From positions 372,001-436,000 of the forward strand of contig NW_026515673.1 of the NCBI RefSeq assembly GCF_025526975.1: 64,000 nt of DNA. The letters are read 5' to 3'. Below, piece after piece: positions 51,844 through 62,360 of this stretch. The notes under the pieces were generated by a model. It saw only the letters and a program-made list of their open reading frames with translations, did not search any database and was not told where the DNA came from. The stretch is from Fimicolochytrium jonesii (Eukaryota). Position 1 is the stretch's first letter, and each line of letters starts with the position of its first letter. The position numbers and the translations under genes are program-made.

Positions 51844-54336
51844 TCACCCCCTCCTCCCCCCTCCATCACACTCCCTCGCAATATGCCCCGCCCGGCCACA
51901 CTTAAAACACCCACTCCCCTCCTTCCTCTTCACCCCTCTTCCCTCTTCGGCCGCACCACTCCTCTCCCTTCCATAATTATAGCTCTTCGCCTTCCTCCAA
52001 TGCTCAAACATGCCCGCCTCATCCCCCCCAGCGCCGGAGGCGCCTAGACCGGCATGTCGGTCCCCGGAGGCTTCGTGGGCGAGGATGGGCGTCGCGATGC
52101 CTTGGGATTGGGAGCCGAGGCCTGTGCCTTCTGACCAGCCGAGCTTTTTGAGGAGGTTGTAGCCGACGTTGGCGGGTTTGGACGGTGTTTGTTTGTGGGT
52201 GGGGGAGGGGCTGCGGGTGTGGGAGCCTGTGCGGCGAGGGGGGTGTCGATCTCGGCTGCGGCTTCGACTGCGGCTGCGGCTGGGAGTGTAGCTGCGGTTC
52301 CGGTTTCGGCTGCGACCGTCTCTGTCTCGTAAGCCGCTACGGCTGCGTGGTCGTGACCGTCGCCCACGAGGTGATGAGGAAGGGTTCCGGTCCCGGTGGT
52401 GGGAGTGCGAGTGTGACGTTCTGCGCGATGATCTCTTCTTCTCGCGACTATCCGGACTGCTGGCAGAATCACCCGATGACCGTGAATCCGAGCGAGACGA
52501 TCGACTCCGACTCCGGTCCGATTCGCTGTTGTCCTGGTCGTCTCGTCCCCGTCTGCTGCGTTTGCGGCCTCGTTCCGGGGATGCATTTCGACTGTCATTG
52601 TGTTTGTTCATTCTGCCGCTATCCCGATCCCTGTCTCGCCCGCCTTCTCGCTCCCTACTACGGTTCCTATCCACTTCTCTAGACCTACTCCGCTTCCTCT
52701 TATCCGACCCTCCATACCCCACCCCGCCACCTTCCTTCTTCTCCCTTACTTCCCTCGCCTTCGTCAAAACATCCACTTTCGCATACCAATCCGCCAGATA
52801 CCCAACCTCCCACCCATCCTTCCCAATCCTCAGACTCCCATCCACCACAACGGCCTCCTTCTCCTCATTATCCTTCTCTTCAAACTCGCCGCCTTTCTCC
52901 ATCTCCTTCTGGACCATGGTGTGGATGACGTCCAGGCCTTTGTAGAAATCGTCGATGGCGGCGGAGAGTGCGGGGGAGATGGTTGCGTCGAAGCGGCGGG
53001 GGTGGATTTTGGAGATGGGGATGGGGGTGTAGGCGGAGGGCGGAGGGTGGGGGTAGGTTGTGAGCATGAGGGCGGCGGGGAGCTCGTAGTGCTTTTTGGG
53101 GATGGGGAGTGGTGATGGCGGGGGTTGATGCTGTGCTGGCGGTGGCGGGGGCGGTCCGACTTTTGTGTGGTTGGTGAACGGCGCGGCGGTATGTGGGATG
53201 GGCTTCTTGGGTGAAGGAATAGTCATCGCGGATTGAGGAGCGGGTGGCAAGGTACTCCATCCGGAGTTCGTTTGAGGAGGAGGGTGGCTGATCGTAGACC
53301 ATGATGCTGGTGGGGCAGCTGGTGGCGGCGGAGGAGGATGCGAGTAGCTTTGCGGCAAAGCCACGGATGTAGGGAATATCGGTCCAGAGGCTCCGATTTG
53401 AGTATCGTCCAACTGTGGTGGGATATTCGATGGCGGATACGGGTTCGCCGCATTCAGCGGTGGCCATCCGGCCGGGCCCACCGGCATGGTCTGCATCTGA
53501 GGCACCGCTATCCCTTGCGCAGACAGCCTCAACTGCTGCACAACATTCGGATGCATCACCCCCTTACTCTCCCACAACCCCAGCACCTTCTCAATCTTCT
53601 CCAAATGCTTCACATCCCCACCCGCAGCCGCGCGAACCAATCCGAGCAACGGCCCCAGATGCACCAACATCGCCTGCGTCGCCCACGCGCGGTTCCGACT
53701 CTCGTTGTTGAATACTATGTCGTTGACCAGGTAGAGCACAGCCAATTGACTCTTCCATCCAGGGTTTGCGGCGGCCGTGGCGACCAGGAACCGCACAAAG
53801 AGATCGTACTGCTCGGCCGTGCTGCAGTTCTTTGACACCCAGGATGTGTTTGCGTGGATGTTCGTCTGCGAGCAATCGTGCATCACCGCTTGAAGAGTTT
53901 TGGCAAACTCGGATAGGCGGTCGGTACCGCCGACGGAAAGTGCGAGTGCGTTTCCGGCTATGACCACCTCTGAAGGGATGCCGGGACTGGTAAGGGCCGC
54001 TACGATCTGCGCTAGAATCGCGTTCTGGCCATTTAAGTCCCCGGCATTCAGCGGCGGTGGGGCCGACATCGGCGGTGGCGGCGGCGGCGGTTGTTGTAGT
54101 GGTCGCGGAGCAACATGTTGATGTCGGTGTTGCTGCAGTTTCTGAAGGAACAGTGCGTGATACTGGCTATTTGGCCATAGGAAAGCGTAGGATGGGTTAT
54201 CCCGCAGTCGTTCCTTCGTCAATTCCAGGAACTCTGGCCCGTTTCGTGCGACATATTCGGCCATTTTCTCCAGGTTGCGATAGTCATCGTCCGATAGGGG
54301 CCGGGAGAAGTGGCCGGAGTGGTACCCGGAGGCCAT
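51844..54336 (-). CDS. CHERP-like splicing factor (SURP, CID, Pro-rich, RS, G-patch, Zn knuckle)
   Basis: SURP LEKMAEYVARNGPEF..YAFL; CID LAVLYLVNDI..KVLGLWESK; HYELPAALM; RS tract; G-patch NVGYNLLKKLGWSEGTGLG; CFKCGRAGHIAREC. Confidence 0.88.
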   Translation of the reverse strand: MASGYHSGHFSRPLSDDDYRNLEKMAEYVARNGPEFLELTKERLRDNPSYAFLWPNSQYHALFLQKLQQHRHQHVAPRPLQQPPPPPPPMSAPPPLNAGDLNGQNAILAQIVAALTSPGIPSEVVIAGNALALSVGGTDRLSEFAKTLQAVMHDCSQTNIHANTSWVSKNCSTAEQYDLFVRFLVATAAANPGWKSQLAVLYLVNDIVFNNESRNRAWATQAMLVHLGPLLGLVRAAAGGDVKHLEKIEKVLGLWESKGVMHPNVVQQLRLSAQGIAVPQMQTMPVGPAGWPPLNAANPYPPSNIPPQLDDTQIGASGPIFPTSVALPQSYSHPPPPPPAAPPASWSTISHPPPQTNSGWSTLPPAPQSAMTIPSPKKPIPHTAAPFTNHTKVGPPPPPPAQHQPPPSPLPIPKKHYELPAALMLTTYPHPPPSAYTPIPISKIHPRRFDATISPALSAAIDDFYKGLDVIHTMVQKEMEKGGEFEEKDNEEKEAVVVDGSLRIGKDGWEVGYLADWYAKVDVLTKAREVREKKEGGGVGYGGSDKRKRSRSREVDRNRSREREGGRDRDRDSGRMNKHNDSRNASPERGRKRSRRGRDDQDNSESDRSRSRSSRSDSRSSGDSASSPDSREKKRSSRRTSHSHSHHRDRNPSSSPRGRRSRPRSRSGLRDRDGRSRNRNRSYTPSRSRSRSRSRDRHPPRRTGSHTRSPSPTHKQTPSKPANVGYNLLKKLGWSEGTGLGSQSQGIATPILAHEASGDRHAGLGASGAGGDEAGMFEHWRKAKSYNYGRERSGAAEEGRGVKRKEGSGCFKCGRAGHIARECDGGGRRG

Positions 54337-54795
54337 GCTGCAAGTGCGGTCGTCCGTGATCTCTGACCTCCTGCGGACCTTCTTACCGAAAGCTAGCAAA
54401 TGTAAACCAGAGGAGACAGCTCAGGCTGAGGGCGGCTTCGTCGTCACAGCTTGTTTGTCCGTGCGTCCTATGTATCTCTGCGACATCAACGTCGACGTGA
54501 CCATCACCCTTCTCTCCTCACTCAGTTCGACGCTGTTCGAGGAGGTCACAGTTCGTCGCGTGTGTGGGAACCGGAATGCCGTCGACCAGCTTCACTCAAG
54601 CCTCGGCCCTCAATGCAACGTTGAACAACCGATATACTGTATACAGTATACGTGTACAGTACCGTATATGTGCTAATCACGGACGCCTCGGACGTGTTGC
54701 GGAGTTATTATCACCGGCGGCGTTCTCCTCTCCTAATCTTCCCCTTCAAGCCAGAGTTCCGCTGCAGACCGATCTCCAACTTCACTGCCGCAACA

Positions 54796-55515
54796 ATGAT
54801 AACCCTTCTCCGCCGCCTCCGCCCAACCCTCTACCTCCTGCCCCCCACCCTCCTCTTCCTCACGCACGGCTTCTCCGTCGGCATCATCTCCGGCCGGAGC
54901 ATGCAACCCACTCTCAACCCCGACACCTCCCACACGCGTCGCGACATCGTTCTCCTCGACAAACGCCCTGCCTCACCCGTCACGCAGTCGTCAAACTCAC
55001 CAACAGTTGGAATAAAGAGAGGGGATGTGGTGTTTCTCGCCAACCCTTACGATGAGAAGATGAAGCTGGTTAAGCGGGTGGTGGCGGTTGCTGGGGATGT
55101 GGTTCGGCCGCGGAGGGGTAGCGAGGAGGGTGTGATGGGGGGCGGCGAGGACTGGTGGGCACGGCATCACCATCTTGTTGGGCATGACGACTCGCATAAC
55201 TCGTCTACGCTGTATGTTCGGATTCCGAGGGGGCATGTGTGGGTAGAGTCAGATGAACCGTTTCGAGGCGTTGACTCTAATGTTTTTGGGCCCGTGCCCC
55301 TGGGGTTGGTGGAGAGTAAAGTGGTTGCGGTGCTGTGGCCAACGGATAGGTTTGGGAGACTGCAGAGTAGAAGCGTGAAGCCTGGGAGAGTTCTGATTGG
55401 TGGGGGCGGGAAGGGGATTGGGATGGGATTGGGGCTTGGTGGGTTTGTGTGGGACGGCGATGAGGCGATTGAAGGTGAGACGGATGCGCTAGGGATCATT
55501 CCCCCTATAGGGTAG
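54796..55515 (+). CDS. IMP2: Mitochondrial inner membrane peptidase subunit 2 (S26 family)
   Basis: GRSMQPTLNP, RGDVV, LVKRVVAVAGD, IPRGHVWVE, DSNVFGPVPLGL, VLWP. Confidence 0.88.
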   Translation: MITLLRRLRPTLYLLPPTLLFLTHGFSVGIISGRSMQPTLNPDTSHTRRDIVLLDKRPASPVTQSSNSPTVGIKRGDVVFLANPYDEKMKLVKRVVAVAGDVVRPRRGSEEGVMGGGEDWWARHHHLVGHDDSHNSSTLYVRIPRGHVWVESDEPFRGVDSNVFGPVPLGLVESKVVAVLWPTDRFGRLQSRSVKPGRVLIGGGGKGIGMGLGLGGFVWDGDEAIEGETDALGIIPPIG

Positions 55516-55890
55516 AATACCAGAGTTTCTGAATTTGCGACGTAAAGCGATGCAGGGTCATGTAAGCCACATTTGATGTATGTAGTGGGTAACGTATACT
55601 GGCGTACAAGATAGTGGTGCCTTAACCTGCCTTAACCTTGTGCTCTTGTTTCTTGGACACATCCAGGCATGTTGGAGGACAGAACCCTCGTAAGTCCGTA
55701 GGAACTGACTAGATGTGCTATATATACTAACATAGCCTCTCTGTATGCACATGTGCAGAGGGCAAAAAGCCGTGCGATGTGCCCTTCCCGTCTGCCCCGG
55801 CCTACATTTGACTCCGTCCTCTGACGACGGTGTCTTGTAAGCTATCATGTCTTCAACAGACGTGGTGCCCCAGCGACCTTAAATGTTCCC

Positions 55891-56284
55891 TCATCTCAAT
55901 TGCGAAGCAGGCTTTGTCCGCGCGTGCGCCTCCGCCTCCTGCTTCTTTGCCTTTGGGTCCAGAGCCGGGTCTGCCAGGAGGTCAGGTATCGACTGAAGTG
56001 CAGGAGCCGGGTGAGCCAAGTCCAGGTTGAGCCAAGTCCAGAAAATTTCGCGTCCACAGAGGGGGAGCAAACTCACCATATCAGGCTTCATGAGTCGTTG
56101 AATGGCGTTGCTACCTGGTGAAAACGAGGGTGAATTCGAAGCCAAGTCTCTGCGGAAATATGCATGGCCAACAGGGCCGTCCCGTGGTTGAGAGTTTCCA
56201 TGAGGGGCCGTACCTACCTGCGTACATTCCGCCTAGCACCAACACGAACGTAAGACCTTTGTTGACGATGAACCCTGATGCCAT
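55891..56284 (-). CDS. BRAWNIN/UQCC6 (C12orf73)-like mitochondrial microprotein; 3 exons, 68 aa
   Basis: Exons 56284-56218, 56114-56077 and 55992-55891 give MASGFIVNKGLTFVLVLGGMYAGSNAIQRLMKPDMSIPDLLADPALDPKAKKQEAEAHARTKPASQLR*. Confidence 0.75.
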
Positions 56285-56523
56285 GGTGGCAAGTTGGTAC
56301 GCTCCCGACCGAGTGACGATTTGAGGCCCACGGAAAGTCTGAGCTTCGGGAATGCGAACCAAATGCGAACGTGAAGCCATTCACGCGTTGCTCGAGAGGG
56401 CTTGCACTCTTGCATTCCTGCAAGGGTGGGAACCTGGGTGGGAACTCGAGGCCTTCCTGCACCCGGCAGAAGAGCGTCGACAGTCGATCATACCCCGCAC
56501 GCTCGAACCTCAAACCCACTACA

Positions 56524-57901
56524 ATGGAGTATCTTAGCAATATCAGCAACGCCGGCGCCAACGACGTCTATCGTCCGTCGCTCTTTGAGCTCGTGGCCCA
56601 GGATAAGATGCGCGACCTGCTCAAACCGGCGTTGCAGTACATCCTCGCAGTTTATGCACAGCGATATCCGCGATATCTGTTGAGGATGGCGAATAGGACG
56701 GACGAGCTATTCGCGCTCCTGATGGCCGTCGTTGAGAGGTGGTACTTACGCGAGCGAGGTATGTCAGTGCGATTTTAGATACTGGTTCGCTTGCGGTGGT
56801 ATTGAACCGCGCCCTTTGTCCAAAGACGCCTCTTTTGCAGAGCACTTTTACGGCTTGCGCCGCATATCCGCCAACTTTAAACAGCGCGCCAATAAGAATG
56901 TGCCCCGCCTCGATGCTGCTCAGTGCTGGCGGTCGCTGTTCATGCTTGTAGGGTTGCCTTACATCAAAACAAGGCTTGATGAGGCGTACGAAAAGGTGTC
57001 GGGAGGGGCCGGGAGCAGGATATTCGGAGATGTATTTGCTGAGGATGGCTTTGAGGCTGTTGCGAGGGTATGGGACAATCGCTCGCTAATAACACAGCAT
57101 TCTTCTCAATCGCTTATGGTTTGGAAATCATCGCAGGATGAGCCGTGGAAAGCAAGATGGGAAAAACGGATCAAGCGAGCGTTTCGCACCGGATACCCGT
57201 TTGCGAATGCAGGATATCAAATGCTGATATTCGTGTACCAGATTGGGTATATGTACGGGAAGACGGATTACTATTCGCCATGGCTGCATCTGTGCGGGCT
57301 GCAAGTGCGCAGATTGAGCATGAAGGATTACGTGAGTACTATGGCGATGACCTTTCTTCTATGCGAGCTCTACTGAAACATCCATCACCAGCGTGATCAA
57401 GAAGAACGAGACCGGCTTGCCCGGGAGCAAACCAACGCCATGCTGTCACGAAGCTCTAAAGTCTCCATGATGCGTCACATGCTGGCCATGTTTCTCACAC
57501 GCGGCTTGGACCTACTCAAGTACGCTTTGCCCATGTCTATCTTCTTCTTCAAGTTTCTGGAATGGTGGTACTCCTCGGAGTATCACAAGCAGGTTGGGAA
57601 GAAGCCCATCCCCCCACCTCCAGAAAAGGTCGAGGTGAGTGAGCGATAACTTCGTTATTGCGTGTGGGCACGATAAGCTAAACGTATTCGAACGCAGCCG
57701 AATCCGAAAGGCCTGCCCCTTCCCGACGATCCGACTATATGCCCCATCTGCTCTCAACCGCGGACAAATCCAACGATGGTGCCTTCTGGCTATGTGTATT
57801 GCTATCCCTGCATTTTCCGATGGATCGAAGAGAAGCAGGAATGTCCAGTTACGCTGATGCCAACGAATATAGAGCAGTTGCGGAAGATCTACTCGACATA
57901 G
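56524..57901 (+). CDS. PEX12: Peroxin 12, RING ubiquitin ligase; 5 exons
   Basis: [42 protein letters not shown]...[10 protein letters not shown]...CPVT. Confidence 0.93.
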
Positions 57902-58538
57902 AGTATTCCAGTTTCGCTCATTACGCGACACGGCAGGAACAGACAACGGAGCTGGTGCTCGTTGCTGCACTGCAGTCGGAAAGTTAACGACTCGATCACC
58001 AATACGGCGCAATGTCCCGACAATGTCTTGCACGACGTGATTAGGTGGCATGCAGTGCCAATCGGACCGCTTGGCACTCGAACGTCGAAGTGTATGCGGC
58101 TAATCGAGGTGGGGCACAGCCTCGCATTTGCTGATATAAAAAGCGCGACAACACGAACATCGGCGCGAGAATGGCAGAACGGCGTTAATAGGCGTAGCGA
58201 CAATAATGGAAAGTCGCGCGTACCCACGAAGACTAGTATCCCGGTCATCCTCATACTGACCCCGTACTTAGCGTGTTTTCGACGACTATTAGAGCATGTC
58301 GTAGCTTTAATCGTATCTCTTAGCGGTTCTCTGGGCCGAACACATTTTGCATTCGGCTAGATCGCCTGCCCAACGCGTGCGCCTTGCTAGGTAGAATCTG
58401 TCGTTTTCGTAAGCTCTGCTCTATCATCTTCGACGAATAGCGATCGGCATCAGTCCGTATGTATGTTCCGCATCATGCGTCTTGTAACCCTACCCCTAAA
58501 CCCCAAGAGGCCTTTCCGTCGTGACCTTCATCGCCCGA

Positions 58539-58616
58539 TTCTGCCGATGCTTTGATCTTGGGGACCACTATCTTTGCTGCTTTCTCCAGCTTTTGTGATC
58601 TCCGTACGTTCATCGC
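58539..58616. repeat. Dispersed direct repeat, copy A (partner at 62275-62363)
   Basis: 78 aligned bp with 4 mismatches and an 11-bp indel. Confidence 0.9.
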
Positions 58617-59363
58617 TACCCATTCCGCCATTTCCCCGCCACTCTCGCCGCCGTTGCCGTTACCACTCTCGCCGCCACTCTCGCCGTTCTCCGCGCCACT
58701 CTCGCTGCCGTCGTCATTCCCCCCACCATTGCCACTGCCGCCGCCGTTCCCGTTCGAGGACCCGTTGGAAGCTGCGTTGTTGCGCCTCCGAGTGCCGCTG
58801 CGAGTGCTGCGTCGAGAAACCAACCGTCGCCGCTGGACGGCTCGGGTTTGAGGGCAAGGCTTGACCATTGTGAACTGGATCCGGGGAGAGTTGGTGAATT
58901 TTTCCTCAAGGCTGCGGGAAGTGAGATTCCCTTTTTGTGTTCTGTCTACGGGGATAGGAGGCGGAAAGGGAGTACTGTACAGTACTGGTCGGTCGAGGGC
59001 TCCTTGGGAGGTTGATGACGGCGAAGAAGCGCCAGGAAACCTGTGATGATCAATGTTGGCTGCCGTGTCTGTAAAAGGCTGGCCACGGACGTCACCACTC
59101 GGTGACGTCGTGTTGGTGACGTTTGACCGGAGAGCGCCGGTGCCTCATATGAATCCTCAGCCACGAGACAGGGCAGGGCCTTGTGTGAGGACGTTGGAAT
59201 TCCCTTGGAGATCGTGAACAATCTTCTCGACAGACAGCATAAAAGGGTGGGACCAACGTATACAGCCCCGCTATCCGACAATCTTGTCCAGACTGGACAT
59301 CATCGCCGACATCTCTTCTTGTCAAAGTATCACCAGACACAAACCACACGATCTTCGCCGAAA

Positions 59364-60568
59364 ATGTCTGCCAGGAAAAACGCCAAAGCTGCAGCAAACT
59401 CTGCGCGCAACGCCGCGACCGCTGTCGGTGCCGCCGGCGCTGCGGCTATCAACGGAAACGGCCCAAAGAAACACTTTAGCATGATTCGTGGGTTCTACCT
59501 TGCCGACGCTGTCACTCTCTGCAACTCTGCGTAAGTTTCCGTTTTGGGGAGCGACGGCGGGCAAGGGACGGACAAAGGACGTTCCTTGGGGCTGGGAAGA
59601 CAGATAGAGAGAAGGAACGATAGACGAGGCTAATTCTTTGGGATCTAGATCCGGATCGACCTCCATTTTCGCCTCTTTGAAGTATGTGACAACCGGCAAC
59701 ATGTGGTACCTTTACGCTGCCATCCTCTTGCTCCCGGCCGCGCTTCTGTTTGACATTTTCGACGGGTACGTTTCTGCATACATGGAGCTATTCAGTCATT
59801 TCCATACTTCTCCAAAATCCTGGCAAATGGCTTATGCTTTATTGCCCCTTTGGCAGACGTGTCGCGCGGTGGTCGAAGACCTCCTCACCCATGGGACGGG
59901 AACTCGATTCCCTATCGGATATCATCAGCTTTGGTGTTGCGCCCGCCGTTCTCGGGTAAGCGTCCTTTCTTTTTCTGCAAATGTACACCATTGCTTCATA
60001 TCAGAGATCTGACTGGCGTCTCCCCCGCGTAGGTTTGCCATTGGCTTACAAGGTCTCTTCGACGTGATCGTTCTCCTCTACTTTGTGAACTGCGGTGTCT
60101 CTAGGTTGGCACGCTACAATGTGACTGCTGAGTCGAATGCTGAGGGAGGAAAAGTCCGATTCTTCGAAGGCACGCCCATTCCCACGACGGTAAGCTTTGG
60201 CAGTTGGGATAGGCGCAATATGCCGAATCCGGTCCTGAGCATCATTCTGTACAGGTGTCTATCGCGCTGGGTATCCTTTACCTCGTCAACACACAACAAT
60301 ACGGAGAGGACAGCGTACGTATTGGAACATATTCTTTTTCCTTGATGATGTCCTGACGTTTCTGTATTATACGCAGCTTCCTGGAGGCAAGCTCGTCTTG
60401 GGAGGGTGGACCTTGCACGTACGTTCCCTCTCTGACCTCTGCTTCATTCTATCCGAAAGCTAGCTAATAAACACCTCTCCACTCTTGGTACATCAGCCGT
60501 TTGTCCTCGTATACGCCATCAGCGGAACCCTGCAAATCAGCAGGACCATCAGGATTCCCAAGCCATGA
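59364..60568 (+). CDS. CHO1: CDP-diacylglycerol--serine O-phosphatidyltransferase (phosphatidylserine synthase), multi-exon
   Basis: HFSMIR..LADAVTL, DIFDGRVAR..GRELDSLSDIISFGVAP, SRLARYNVT, FFEGTPIPT, RIPKP*. Confidence 0.93.
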
Positions 60569-61040
60569 GCATCTCAAACCACTTCTCACGTGTCCTCCTA
60601 AACAGAACATACCCCATCTCCCCGCTTACACCCCCATAATCGAACGAACACTCGATGTCGGGAACAGCCACCGTCGGCCGTTATTCGAAGGTGCAGTCTG
60701 CGCCATATCCCAAACCTGTACATGTTCATCTTTTCCATACCTACATCGCTGAAATCGCGTGCTGTCTATGTAATGGCCGGGATATGAAAGTCACTTGGAA
60801 ATTCCTTCGGCTTAAGATGACTGAACCAAGCCGCAGCTTGATGCCAAAATGGGATGCCAAATATCCCTGAAGCCGTGGACTACACACACTCCTAATTATT
60901 ACCATAACGCTGTGTGGAGGTTCAGAAAAGACTCTAGATCCGTGGACTTCTTTTTGGCTGTTACTCGCGCATGTCACCCTAACGGTAAGTTATTTCGCGC
61001 GGAAGGCTGTTATTGGCTGTTACTCGCGCGGAAGGCTGTT

Positions 61041-61484
61041 ATTGTGCTCTGGACGAGGAACGTAGTCCTGTAGAGTCTATGGACGAGGAGGAGGTTGCTT
61101 AGTAAGCTTCTCTATTTTTCTTCTCGACTGTATAAATAACAGATTGCGTATAGCTTCCCTTTTCCCCGTATCTTTTTTTAGCCATCGAGTGCTATGTCAA
61201 GCTACGGTAGGAGGGAGGGATGGGTTCGATGAAGATGAACTAGTTATCGGGGCAGAGCGCATTTAGGACCTAATGTCCAGGGAAACCCGTAAAACCTTTA
61301 AATAGTCATTGATCGAGCCGTGGAAGGCGAGATGTTGATAAATAAGCCGGTGCAACTCGAGCGGCGAATGCGGCGAATGTCAAGGAGAGGTGCTTAGTGC
61401 GGTGGGGTAGTGAGGTGGGATACTAAGCAACCTCCTCTTCGTCCATAGACTCTAGAGGACTACGTTCCTCGTCCAGAGCACAAT
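61041..61484. repeat. 64-bp inverted repeat (arms 61041-61104 and 61421-61484, 2 mismatches, 316-bp spacer)
   Basis: attgtgctctggacgaggaacgtagtcct[g/c]tagagtctatggacga[g/a]gaggaggttgcttagta is present in both orientations. Confidence 0.95.
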
Positions 61485-62360
61485 GGACTCCGTTCGGAGG
61501 TTGCTTATTTGTCGATGAAGCCGTGTTCGGTGAAGGGAGTTGTGCGCGCAGGATTGGCGTTGGCACCGGCGTCGCCATTGAGGATTCCTCTACTGTTGTC
61601 GGTCGGGTTTCGACTCGTTCGAGTTGTTTCGATGATGATTGTCGAACCGCCGCGGCCGCGGCCTCGATAGCCTTGACCTCATGATCGACCGTGATATCCG
61701 CTGGATGCATTGCCACGGAATCCTTCTCGTGGGTTAGAATCCTTCTCGTGGGGATTGCGCTCGTCTTTGGAGGGGGACGCCTCGGCGTACATGTTGTCCT
61801 GACCGCTGCGCGTACCGGGGTGCCAAAAACCTTCCGGCGTGGTCAAAGGGATTTCATCGTCTGGAGGGAGGCGACGATTTCCTTGAGCTCGGAGAACTCG
61901 CCGAAGAGCTCCTGCGTTTTTCGGGCGCCGAATGTGCATTCCGCGTGAATGGAATCGACGGTCGTAGCGGAGAAGCCGGCCGCTTCGTGCGCGGCCTAAT
62001 GGCCTTATTCATGGTTTCGCGGGCAGCGAGAGTGGTTGCTTCACAAACGGACATGGTTTGTTGAACGATGGAGATAAGTTGTTCCTGCGTCATTTCGGGG
62101 GCGGCCGACTGTCCAAGGATGGAGAGTACGGCGGCTTGCTCTTTGAAAGCCCGTACATGGTGATGGACGATGGGAGCGTGTTTCGCCTTTGCTTTCTTGA
62201 ATGCGTCCTTCTCGGCGGCCGAGCAATGTGTGAGGAAGACATTGTCAGTCGACGTGCCGGCATTCATGCCGGCGTTCTGCCGATGCTTTGATCCTGGGGA
62301 CCATAAATCCACCACCATCTTTGCTGGTTTCTCCAGCTTTTGTGATCTCCGTACTTTCAT
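61423..62360 (-). pseudogene. Fragmented ORF set, possible pseudogene or degenerate repeat element
   Basis: Overlapping minus-strand ORFs in different frames, with no obvious introns and a 19-nt tandem duplication (~61717-61754). Both ends are copied nearby. Confidence 0.35.

Noticed and set aside
61041..61484. MITE
   Set aside because: No target-site duplication, and one arm is continuous with an ORF end. Not fully excluded without a genome-wide search.
61854..62360. Retrotransposon gag remnant
   Set aside because: No zinc knuckle, RT, integrase or LTR recognisable.
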